Below are positions 1 through 12,400 of a stretch of DNA of 64,000 nt, piece after piece. Source of the DNA: Candidatus Omnitrophota bacterium. Its GTDB lineage: Bacteria; Omnitrophota; Gorgyraeia; 1-14-0-20-64-10. Location: positions 68,248 through 132,247 of the forward strand of contig JAHFFE010000004.1 of NCBI GenBank assembly GCA_023248155.1, read 5' to 3'. The notes beneath the pieces were generated by a model. It saw only the letters and a program-made list of their open reading frames with translations. It did not search any database and was not told the DNA's origin. Each line of letters opens with the position of its first letter. The first letter of the stretch is position 1. Position numbers and translations under genes: made by a program.

Positions 1-1
1 C

Positions 2-400
2 GACTTTGACTTAATCGCCGACGGGAACGCCCATGAATACATTCTGTCCATGAATGACAGCGAACTGTGGAATGGCACCATTACCGGCCTCAAGATCGTA
101 CCCTCGGATGAACCCTCGCACTATGAAATCCTCGGTGCGGCGTCGCGCCAGTCGGTCGATCTTCCGGCCGGGTCCGAATGGGGTCTTTACGGGCCGAAAG
201 AAACCAGCAAGTTCCGCTATGCGGTCGTGGTTGATGGTGTTCAGAGGGGGACGTTCGATGTGCCCTGGAATAAGACGCAGGAGAAAGAAGGCTATGCGGA
301 AATCCAGCTCAACGCTGGTGCTCATCACATTGATATCGTTGAGATGAATTTTTACGACTATCCCTACGCTTCGATGGCGGCATTTAAATCCTATGTGTCC
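2..400 (+). other. Domain: carbohydrate-binding-module-like beta-sandwich region (within giant CDS)
   Basis: DGNAHEYILSM..ELWNGTITGLKIVP and YAVVVDGVQRGTFDVP..EIQLNAGAHHIDIV resemble CBM6/35-like jelly-roll patterns. Confidence 0.45.
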
Positions 401-3400
401 AAGACTCTTGTACGCCGGATTATGCCGGCGGCGGATCTCAACGCGGATAATTATGTGAATGAGGCGGATGCGCGGATTCTGGATACGCTGCGCTCGCGTT
501 TCGAAGCGCCGAACGTTATCGGCCTGCAGGAAGAATTCTTCTCGATTTTGGATAACGGCGACCTGACGCACCGCTTTGTGTCGCGCACGGCGCAGGGCCG
601 CAGTTTTACAAGCGACCCGGCCACGGGGCAGGTCACCATTAATGGCGTCAAACTGCAACTCGGCTATGATGAAGAGCGCGAGCTCTGGCAGGCGTCGCTC
701 TTTGGCCGTGGCAGTGTCAACGTTTATGATCAGGTTCTGCAAATCGGCACTGAGAAAATAGGCGTTACGCGCCGCAAAGACGGCAGTCTTCTTTTCACGG
801 CCTTTGAGCGCACGGAGCCGGTGACTTTTGAATCCGATCCTGCGGCTGAACAAGTCACGATCGGCACGCAGACTTACCGTATTGAACGGGATCCGGAGAC
901 CCTGCAGGTGCGTTTGTTTGAAAGCGCAGAAACAGCGGGGCCCAGCGGCTGGCAGTCAGCCGTGGCCGGCGGCGTTGCCGTGTGGGTGCGGCGCGAAGCG
1001 AGCGGGCTTGTTTTCCGCACCGGCGGCGAAGACCTGGAATTTAACCCGGAAACACGCCGGCTTTCGATCCACGAGAAAAACTACACGCTTTTTGAAAACC
1101 GTCTGGGTCAGCTGACGCTGGTGGAAGTGGATCCGGCTGATCTGGACGGCGACGGCCTTGTGACTTTTGCCGATCAGGCCTTGATGAAAGCCTCGCTGGG
1201 CCGGCAGGCCGCATGGACGCTGGAAGCGATTCAGGCGCGCAATGTCGAAGGCTTTATCCGCGGCCAGCGCAGTGATCAACTGTTTGCGGTCTACGGCAGT
1301 TCGGAAAATTACCGCATGGATTTTGATCTTTTTGCCGACAGCGCCCAGCCGGCGGGGCTTGCTTATTACAACATTATGCTGCGCGCGCAAAGCTATGACC
1401 AAAAAGCCCTGCCCGCCGATTATGAATGGCAGCTTGCCGTCGCTGTTGACGGCGATGACCGCGGCATTGTGATCATTCCCGCGACGGCAGGAAGCGTCTC
1501 CGAGGAAAGCTTGCGCACGCTCATGGCCAACGGTGCGCATACGATCAGCCTGCGCTGGCTGAATCCGCGGCCGGGAACCAGCCTGGCCATCGACCGGTTG
1601 AGGGTCGCCGAAGAAGGCGTTGATCCGGAAGCCAACCTCGTGGTGCGTTCCGGAATTCCGGAGCAGGCGATTGGCGTGCAGACCGAACATTCGGGAGCCG
1701 GCGGACAACTCATCTTACGGACAGCGGCGGGGGAAACAGTTATAACAATTCCGGCGCAGATGCCCTGGCCCGGCCCGGATGATTTTTATTGGGCGGAAGT
1801 GGATGAAAATACGGGCGCCATTCTGCGCCAGGGTTCGCTGCGTTCCGAAGATGCAGACGAAACCGCGCAATTCCTGCTGGATGTGGAAACCCTGCCGGAA
1901 GGCCGCATCCTGGCCGCGGCTTCCTGGGACGGTTTGACGGTGACGCCGTCTTTAGCGCGCGCGCTGGAACGGCTGGGTTCAAAACTGATTCGCAGCATGG
2001 ATGGCGCGCATGAATGGGCTTTTGCCGGCGTCAAAGGACTCCCTCCAGGCAGTGCTTCGGAACAGATTCAGGCGTTAACTACGGGTGACAGCCGTTTGGA
2101 TTTTGATCTGGCCATAACCGGCGGCAGCCTTGAAGACCGCCTGCGGATCAACGCGGCGGACTATGCCGTCTTCCGCCAAGGCATGAGCGACACGGCTGAG
2201 ACTCAGGTCTTTACGCTGCAGGGCAAGGATTATTATGTCAGCGAAACTTCACCGGGAACTTTTGAAGTTTTTGACGGAATTTTGACGAGCGTGCAAAAAA
2301 TCGTGGACGGCCGTCCGGCGCTGGATCTGGGCAGCCGGAGTTTCTTTGTGGAGCGCGGCGTGAACGGCGCTATCCGCCTTGAGGGCATTCTTACCGGCGA
2401 TGTTTTTAGCGACGGTCAACTCGACGGCGCAGATCAGGACTTGCTTGCGGCCAGCCGCGGCCGGTTCAGTTTGGACCGCCGTGACGGCACCGTGATTTTC
2501 AACGAAAGCCAGCCGCTGGTTTATGCCGTCGAAGTGCCGGAAGACGGCCTGTATTCCGTGGGCCTGGCGGCGCGCAATTTCTTCAAGGCAGGCCTGGATT
2601 GGCAGATCGAAGTGGACGTCTATGTGGATGATGAGATTTATCCGCGGACTTCATTTGACGTGCCTGCCGGCCTCAAAGACACGGCAAATTATGTCAATGA
2701 CCTCGATTTGACGGCCGGAGCGCATACGATCCATTTTTACGTGCGCGACCTATACGGCGAGGGCGACCACATCACGCAGAATCCGCATCCTGATCTTGCG
2801 GACCAGCCGGCCGGAGTGGGTTCCGCGCTTCTAGCCGAAAATTTTATTTTCCGGGCGCAGGGTTACCGCAGTGACATGGATCTTAACCACAATCAAAGCA
2901 TTGACACAGGCGATGAAACGATTCTAGCGGGCTTGATTCTGGCCGGGCCGGTCAGCGTGCAGACGCTCGAGCCCCTGCCCGTGAAAGTCCTGCGTCTGGC
3001 CGGCAAGTTTTACCGGGTCGAAATTTCCGGCACTGCCGTGACGCTGGTCTCCGGCAGTGAAAGCATCACTACGGCCGTGGATGAAGTGATTGAGAAGAAC
3101 GGCGTGTATTACCGCCTGCTGCAAGATGCCGCCGGCGAACTGGCCTTGGCGCGGGAACCGTCCGTCTACGCGTTCCGCGATCCTGCGTTTGAATTCGGCG
3201 CGAGCCGGGCGCTAGACCGTCCTGTTGTTTACGTGCGCGGCCGTTATCTGGAAATCGATCGGGCACCGGACGGCCGCTGGCGCTTTAGCGATGCGGTTGG
3301 CGAATTCCTGTCCAATAGCGAAAAAACCGAAGTTCTGATCATCGACAAGCTTTTCAAAATCCAGGGCGCTCAGGCCGGCGAATTGTCCCTTGAAGAAGTC

Positions 3401-6400
3401 CACGCCGAAAGCCTGAAAACGGTGGATTTGGTGATCAATCTAACGGGGGAAGACTACAAGGTCCAGCGTGAAGGCAGCCAGTGGCGTTTTATCCTCGCGA
3501 CGAATGCGGCCGTGAGTTATCTCTCCGTCGACGGTGTGGTCACGATTCAAGACAGACCCTACGCCTTGCGCTGGGATGATCAGCTTCAAGAGTTAGTTGC
3601 GGGCAATCACCCTGTTATTTCCAGTGATCTGGCCGGCCAGTCGGTGGTGCTCGACGGAGTGCTCTATACGATTCGCATGGATACGGCCGATTCGATCAGC
3701 CTGCTGGGTGAAGGTCCGGATGCGCTCGCGGGCGGGACTGTCCCCGGAAACCTTACGCTGGCAGGGGCGGTTTATGCGGTCGAAAAACTCATCGACGGCC
3801 GTTATGTTTTCTCCGGTCAGGTGCAGAGCCGGCCGGCGGAAGAACCCATCCGGTTGTTTGACGGCAAGTTTTACAGCGTGGCGCATGACGGCGAGTATTT
3901 TACGCTCAGCCAAGGCGGAAAGAATTATTCCAATCGTCCGCGTTTAGCGAATTTGCCGGAAGTCGCATCGACCGGTGATTTAACCGCGTTTGAATACTTG
4001 AAAGACGGTACGGTGCGGCCGGAGATCAGCGATGTCTATGACTCTCAATCCGGCACGCTGACGTCCGGCGTTTTTACGGTTCCGGGGGATCAAAACTATA
4101 CGTGGACCTGGGAAATGGCCGCGGGCGGCGAGAGCGGTACCCTGAAAATTCTCAATGCATCCGGAACCGCTGCCCTGCAAGAAACCATCAGTGAATCCAT
4201 GATGTCGATGCCGGGCGGCTGGACTTTAAATTTTCTCAACCCGTTTATTTCGGGCAAGCATGCCGGCTATAAAGTCAGCTACAACACCGGAACGAATACG
4301 CTTACTCTCACGCCCGCCGGCATCACCGGCAATTTTACCGCGCCGGATGGAACGGCTTATCTTTGGGGCCTGACGCGGCATGAGCGCAAAGACTCCGGAG
4401 GGCAGCCGGATACGCTCAATGACGGTTATGTTTTCCGCCTGAGTCAAGCCGGCGGGACGGGCCTTTATGAAAAAACCGGTATCGTTGCGAAGTCTCAAGA
4501 ACTGAATGCGGATTTCACGGGTCTTGTTCAAATGGCCGGCTCGGGCTGGATGGTGCATCTGGATGAAAACAGCGGCAAACTGCGTTTTGATCCCAAGCAT
4601 TCGAGCGGGAGTTTCATTTCGGCTGTGGACGATGAGCGCTACATCTGGTCGATCGATTGGACCCAGACCGGAGAATTTATGAAGGGGTGGACCTTTACGC
4701 TGGAGGATGAGGCCGGCGTCAATACGTTTACGCGTTCCGGTACGCTGAACAGTGATCCGACTTTGGCGATGCCTGAGACGTTTCCACAGCCGTTTGAGGG
4801 TGTTTACGCGCTCGCGAATGCCGTGGAATATCAAATCAGCTTTGATCCGCAGACGAACCGTATGACCCTGGCGCCGCAGCGCGTGCTGGTGGAAGAAAGT
4901 TCTGACCGGATTTTGATTGACGGGCGCTGGTTTGCGATCAGCGGGACGGATACCGGCAGTCTTGTGCTGACGAATGAAATTTTGGAAGAGGCCGGTCAAT
5001 ACCGTTTAGCCGGCGAGCGTTATGCCCAGCAGGTTGAAACGAGCATGAACGAGATGGGTTTCCCCGGGCCGCAGGTGCTGGTGCTGACGGATGAAAACGG
5101 CCGGCGCTTTGAAAGCGTTTTGAATACCACATCCGCCGCGACCGGCCAATACGGGTATAACGCCTATGGTTACTGGGGGCCGATGTATCAATACACCCAT
5201 ACGTACACGGTCACGATCAAAAACATGACGTTTGAAGTGCGCCTGCCGCCCTATGATCCCTACGACTCCAATCCGCCGCCGCTTGAAAATTATACGCTCG
5301 TGCCGTATCAGGCCGCGGCCGTAACGGCGGTTGTGCCGGCGGGGACGCTGGTGAAAATCGGCGGCGCAATTTATGCGATTACCCCCAAGCCGGGCGTTGA
5401 AAATGTCTACCTGATTAGCGACGGCCAAACGCTGACGGAAGCTGGGCTTGGCGAGCCGGTGCGTTTGAATGGCATCGAATACGTCATCCGCCGCGCGCCT
5501 TCCGGAGCGCTCAGTATGATCCAGCAGGTGCAAACGCTGTCCGGGCACCAGGTGATTTTGGAAGGTGTCCGGTATTCGGTCGAAGAGCAGACGGGCCGGG
5601 TCATTCTCTCCGATGGTGTTCAGTCGTTTGAGTCCGATGACGCCAAAGCGAAGATTACGGTCAAAGACCGCCTTTATGATCTTGTGCGCACGGAAGCCGG
5701 CGCCCTGGTGCTGGTCGAATCCGGCGTGGTCCGCTCGTACCAAACCCTGGTTTTCCAAAATAAAACCTACGATGTCCTGCGCAATAGCGACGGTTCGATT
5801 TCGCTGCTCTATCACAAGGCAACGCATGGCACGTTGGCGCCAAAAGAATCCGTCCAGATGCCTGCGCAATTGCGCTATAAAGGCGGAAATTACACCGTGA
5901 GCACGCTGGAAGACGGCCGGCTTCAGATCGAAGGTCCCGAAGGTGTTTCCACCAGCGCGGCGGAAACGGGCCTGATTGATTTTGACGGGAAACTCTGGCA
6001 GGCCGTGCGGCTTGCGGACGGCCGCTGGACGATTGAGGGAACATTCGAAAGCGCTCCGGCCTCCGGCCAACCGCTGTTTTTTGACGGAAAGATTTACACG
6101 CTTGCCATGCAAGCCAATCAATTCGTGCTTTCCGACGGACGCGCTCACTATACGGCGGATGTCTCGGGTTTTGTGAATTTGAACGGCCGCACGTTCTTCT
6201 GGAGCGGGACCGGGCTGGAGGATTTCCAGATGTTCAACCGGCCGTATCTTGGCAGAACCGATACGGAAATCCAGCTTGAAGGTTTGAACCTGGCCTATCA
6301 GATTGAATATTCCATGATGACGGGCCCGGTCCTTAAAATCACGGATTCTGAACGCAATGCGGTTTATACCAGCTTTACGGATCAAACCAGGGCCTTCATG

Positions 6401-9400
6401 GATATCCGGGGCGTTCGCTACGAGATTACGGGCAGCTTGTATGACAGCTTCGGCGAGGGGTTTGGCCTGCGGCCGGCCGCCGGAAACGTGCCGGCTTCTG
6501 CGCCCGCCGAGGAAGGAACCCGGCTTGTGGTGGAAAACCGCATTCTCAGCGTAAGCCTCAAAGCGGGCACCGGCGATATCTATCTGGCGTCCGACGGTAC
6601 GGAGACGCTGGAAGTCCGGCTCGGTGAGACGCTCAACGTCAACGGCCTTCCTTATATGCTTAGTCTGCCAGCCTCCGGCGAACTCAAATTCAGCCTGAGC
6701 AGCCGCCAGATCAGTCTGGCGCAGTTGGGGCTGGATTCGACGTCCTATCTGGCTTTTGAAACCGCGGCCGGCGAATGGGCCTTCCAGGGAACTTACGATC
6801 CCACGGGTGAATTGAGCACAAGCACGGGCGGCGGCACGCTGGTCCAAATCGGCGATCTGAAATATCACATCGAACGCCTCCCTGACGGCGGCCTCAAACT
6901 GACCGAAACCGAAGACAGCGCGCCGGTGGTTTATGAAGATCAACTCTTCCGCAGCGACTTGCAGGCCCGCACGATCCGCATTTCCGGCAAGATCTACCGG
7001 CTCGCACTTGCGGCGGACGGGGACTGGGTCTTGAGTGAAGATTACGAAACTTCGCAGGCCCTGCAGCCGGCGGTGGAAATCGGCGGCCGCAAACTGCAGT
7101 ACCGTTTAGAAGACGCGCAGGTGATCTTGACGGACGGGAAAAACAGCTTCCGCAGCAGCCGCGACGGCTCAAACGTGACGATCGACCATCGCCGCTATGC
7201 GATCCAGCGCAGCGGCAGCGCGATTACGCTTTCCGAGCCGTCTCTGCCGTACAGCCAGACGATCGATGCGCTTGGCGCAATTTGGCTGATCCGCCGCGAC
7301 GCGTCCGGAAAAATCATGGCCGACAATCCCGAAACCCAGGAAACGTTTGCCGGCGATACGGCTGGTCTCGTGATTACGATTCGCGGCGTGCAGTTTGATA
7401 TCACGGGCGAGGAAGGCCGGCGGATTTTCACGCCGCGTATTTCAGCCGAACCCACCCTAGCCGACGGCGCTTTCTTGCTGGCCGGCCGGATGTTCTTTTA
7501 CAAGACCGAAGACGGGCAATTGACCGTGACGTATGCGGACAGCGGGGCCGCGGCCGGCGCAGCGGACGAAAATGCCGGACTGATCGAAATCGCCGGTACC
7601 GTTTATCAAGTGCAGCGCACGAGCGGCCGGCTTGAATTCCATAAGCAAGCCTTTGAAGAAGCTCAGGAAATTTCAGGAGCGGTGTTTTACATCAACGGAA
7701 CGATTTATGAGGTTCAGTATGATGAGACTGCCGGGTCTTTCGAAGTACGCAGCGGCCAGAAAACTTACACCAGCGATCCGGCCACGGGGCATATTTTGAT
7801 CGGCGAAATTGCGGCTGAAATCCGCCGCGATACCGCGAGCGGCGAAATTACGATCACGGTGCCCACAGCAGCCAGCGTCAAGCGCGCCGACCAGGCGGTT
7901 GAACTCAAGGGCCAGATTTATTGGCTGACGCGCCTGGAAGCCGGCCGGTACGAAGTTTATGATCCGGCTGCGAAAACGCCGCATGCGTCCCGCCTTGAAC
8001 AAATTGACGGCGTCTGGCTACCGGTGGTGGATCTGGCCGGCAGTGTTTACCGCGTGGTCGAAGACCGCGGTGAACGCATGCGTCTGGAAGAGGTGACAGA
8101 GGAATTTATTTCCGACGACCGCTTCAAGGTGCTGGCCGGCGGTAAGGAATACACGATCGGCCAGGATTCCGTGGATCAACGTTTCTATCTCGATGACGGC
8201 ACGCACCGTTTCTATGAAACCGGGGTGGATGGCATTATCAAGATCGGCGCTGATTCCTTTAGCGTGCGTGAACTGGCCGGCCGGCGCTTGTTTAATCCGG
8301 AGGTGGTCAAGCGCGCCGATCTGGATCAAAACGGCGAATTCAACGCCGAGGATGCGCGCATCTTGACGCGCCTGGCCAGCCACTACAAAGACATCAACGG
8401 CGACGGTCTGGTCGATCAGCAGGATATTGACGCGTTAAATAAAATTATTGATCTCACGCCTGAGATCCGTGATGCGGTGCCGGATGGTCAGATTACATCC
8501 GATGATTTTACTTCGCTTGACGTCAACCATGACCGCAAGATTGATTACCGCGATGCCAACGCGCTCAACCAGGTGGTGCAGAACCGCTTTGACATCAACC
8601 GCGACGGCCTCACCTCGAGCGGCTCCGGCGTTCCGGCGACGGATGACCTGGCATTTTTCAACGCCCTGTTTAGCCAGATCCGCCAGCTGCAGGCTCAGGG
8701 CATTGTGGTCGAGCCGGCCAAACTAAAAGCGCTGGATGTCAACAATGACGGGCTGGTGACGCATGAGGACGTGACGGCGCTTGGAAAAGTGATCGGCAAG
8801 AATTTCGATATCAATGGCGACGGCAAACTCGATGACCTGGCCAATCGCAAGGATGAAAAACGGCTCGACGATGTGATCAGCGCGCTCGCTTTGAAGATCA
8901 AACAGAACGAATTGACGCTGGCCGATGTGAACCGCAACGGCAAGGTCGATGACAAGGACCGCTCCGACCTTTCGGAATCGATCCGCAAGTATACCCAGCT
9001 CGCGGTTGCCGCGGATTATGACGCCAGCGGCCTTTTTGATTACGGCGACCTCGTAGCCCTGCAGCGGGATGTCGGCGAAATCCGCCGCGGCAGCCTGCTC
9101 AGCCCGCAGCTGCTCTCGCGCGCGGACATCAATAATGACGGGCGCGTGGATGACCGTGACTGGAGAACGCTGGAGCAGGGCCTGGCTTCGCACCGGGATG
9201 TCAATGAAGACGGCCGCATCGACAGCAAAGACAGCGAGGTGCTGGAACGCTATCTGAATTTCACAGCCGGCGAAATTATTCCGGCCCGCGAAATCCGGCT
9301 CGAGACGCCGGAGGGGCTCGAGAGCCAAATTACGGGCAGTCAGTCCATTGTGCTGGATGACGAGCGCTATGTTGTCTCAAAGAACACCGAAGGCGCTTAT

Positions 9401-12400
9401 GTGTTGACGTCCCGCGACGAGACGTTTAACGCCTATGGCGGAATCAATATCGTGGAAATCGGTGAGCACATTTACGACATCTACGAAGATCCGGACGGCA
9501 AGATCCGTCTGGTGGATCAGGAAGCGCGCACGCATCAGAGCATGCACCGGGCGGATTTCGTCATCCGGCTGGGTGAGCGGGAATATGACGCTTATTTCAA
9601 AGATTACGGCCGTTTTGAATTTAAATCCGCCGAGTGCTTTGACGGAACCGAAAACTGCGAAACGGCGCTGAGCGGTTTTGACGACAAAGTAACACTGCAA
9701 AATCAGGTGTTTATCGTTGAAACCGACTCGCTGACGCGTCAGGCCGCGCTCAAAGCGGCCTCGATGCGCAGCCTGAAACGCGCGGACCAGGTCATTGAAC
9801 TGGAAGGCAAACGCTACGAAGTGGTCAATCATTTTGACGGCAGCTATACGTTCAAAACGGATGAGTTTGAACAGCGCTCCGACCGCGATCAGAAACGCGT
9901 CAAACTGGACGGAATTTATTATGACATCCACGAAGATCCGCTGACGGGCCATGTGCAGCTGGCTGAACAGCATGCGATCAGCCGGGTGCTGGCTGACCAG
10001 GTCATCCGCATTCAGCGCAAAGATTCGCTTTCCTTGTCCGAAATTTATGCCGGGGCGGATACGCGGGCGCTTTTCCTGGCCAGCCAGGGCGGACAGAAAA
10101 TCGGCAGTCCGGTCGTTTATGACGATTCTTACCTAGTAAATTTCAACCTTGACGGCACGACGACCTTTACGCATGAGAAGACCGGCACGAAATACACAAG
10201 CGGCCGCTCCCAGGAAGACGGCACTTCCGTTGTGACGATTGACCGGATGGCTTTCCGTATTTTCTCCGATTACGAAAACGGCGGGATCTATATCGAGCAG
10301 GATCATGAAAAACTGGGCTCCGATGCGGGCGCCGGTGCGGGCCGCGGCCAAGTCACGTTCTTGAAAGCCGGCGAGCCGGTGACTTACGAATGGATTTATG
10401 ATGATGCGACCGGCAAGCTCAAGATCAACGGTGAATGGGTCAACCCCGAAACCAATACAGCCTTGCTCGACGGCCAGCAATTCCTGATTAATTTTGATCC
10501 GGAAAAAGGCCGCCTGGCCATGGAACAGGCCTACCTGCGCTCAAGCCGCGTGGCCGATCAGCGTTTGATTCTGGAAGACACGTTGTTTAATGTTTCGCAC
10601 AACAAGGACGGCTCTTTCTCGCTCTTTGACGGCGAGACCAGCTTCCGCACCAACCCGGTGTCCCGCAAGGTGACGATCCGCGGCCGGGTTTACGATGTGA
10701 TTGAAAACAGCTACAGCGGATCGATCACGCTGGCCGAAGAGTACAGCCGTGAAAGCAAGCCGGTCTATGATCAGGTCATTGAACTCAACGGCAAAAATTA
10801 TTTTGTGCGTGAAAATACGCAGGATGGCATCACGGAGTTCATCCACGCTGACGAGACGATCCGCTCCACGGCCAGCCGGACCTGGCAGGACGCATCCATT
10901 GATTTTACCAAGGATAAGATGCCGCAGGGCTGGGCGCCGGAGACGGGCAGCTGGCGCATCATGGCCGGCCGCGCCGAATCGCTGGTGCAAGGCCAGCAGG
11001 CCTCGTTTGCCCGCACCGGGCTTGTGACCGAAACTGATTTTACATTGTCGGTCGATCTCTCCTTTGAAATCCTCAGCGATGAACCCGCCGCGCCTGCCGG
11101 CACAGCCGATGAGCGTCTCTGGGAAGGCTCAGTCCTCTTTAATGTGATGGATCGCGATAACGCTTACGCGGCCCGCCTGTTTGAGCGGGGCGGCAGCCGG
11201 TTTGTGGGGTTATACAAGCTGGTTCACGGGATTGAGTATCCGCTGGCCTTGGAGCGCGAACTGCCGTTTGAGTTCAGCACGGAGACGGATTACCGCATGC
11301 AGATCCGTGTGGAGTCCGGCAAAATCACGCTGGCCATGAATGATCAGCCTCTGCTGGAGGCCCAGGACCATTATTTCACCGGCGGCGCCGTGGCGCTCGC
11401 TGGCAAGGGCCGCGATGTTCAGTTTGACAACATCGTTCTGCATCACGCGCACGAACTGGATCAGCCGCGGCAAGTCACGATAGATGACCATCTTTACACG
11501 ATTTCACGGCGTGATTTTACCGAGACGTATGATCTGGATATCAACCGGGACGAGGCGTTCAGTCAAGGCGACAGCGGCGCCCTGCTGGAAGCTTTGCTCA
11601 GTAACGGGCTTGTCAGCGAAGAAGACTTGGCTCGTTACCGCGCGCAGGGCGGAACCGCGGGATTGGGCGCTAGCGGCGGCGAGGGCGAGGGATCGTTTGC
11701 GGGCGGAGAGAGTGCCGGAGGGGGCGCAGGCATGCCGGCCGGCGGGGAAACTGGCGCAGGTTCAGGCACGTCCTATCAGGTTTCGGAAGACGAAGGCGTG
11801 GATTTGAGCGGCCTGCATGTCAGCATTCCGGGCCGCCTGCCGCGTTCGACCGTGGACATTACCGGCGACGGCCGCGGTGATATTGCGGACATCAAACGTA
11901 TCCAAGAAATTCTGTTTGCCGTGCGCCGCGGTGAAATTGTCCAGCCGCGTGATTACGAGAAGGCGGATGTTACCGGGGATGGAAAAGTTACGGATGCCGA
12001 CTGGAAAGCGATTGAAACCGCGCGGCTCAAAGCGGCGCGCAGTGACGTGACCCAAGATGGCGTTACGGATTACCGCGATGTTGAAGCGATCCGCCACATT
12101 GACCGCGAAGAAGTCATCCGGGCCACGGCGTCTGAAATCGCGAAAGCGGACCTGAACCACAACGGCGCGCTGGACGCTGCGGATGTGGCGCAGCTTGAGC
12201 AGACCATGAAGCATATGCATGAGCTGGATCTTGATTTCGACGGCAAGATTGTTTTGGCGGACGAACTGGCGGCTTTTGACAAAGCCAAAGAATTTTACGA
12301 TCTGGGCTTGAGCCTGAGCGCCGAACAGTTTGCGCGGGCGGATATCGATCAGGACGGTTTGATCACGCCGGCGGATCTGCGCATTTATGAAAAACTGACC

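Larger units (their letters stand above)
2960..10870 (+). repeat. Degenerate beta-hairpin protein repeats (consensus ~S.xxADQVIELxGKxYxV) making a long beta-rich region
   Basis: SVKRADQAVELKGQIY (~7874), SMHRADFVIRLGEREY (~9539), SLKRADQVIELEGKRY (~9770) and SKPVYDQVIELNGKNY (~10754), plus many (I/L)xGxxY hairpins. Similar units also occur at ~640-1130. Confidence 0.7.

Noticed and set aside
5006-6943. 645 aa minus-strand ORF and other long minus ORFs (e.g. 11762-12787, 28811-30025, 48386-49777)
   Set aside because: They are antisense shadows in register with the +2 codons of the giant gene. Their translations have no recognisable motifs, while +2 yields coherent domains.
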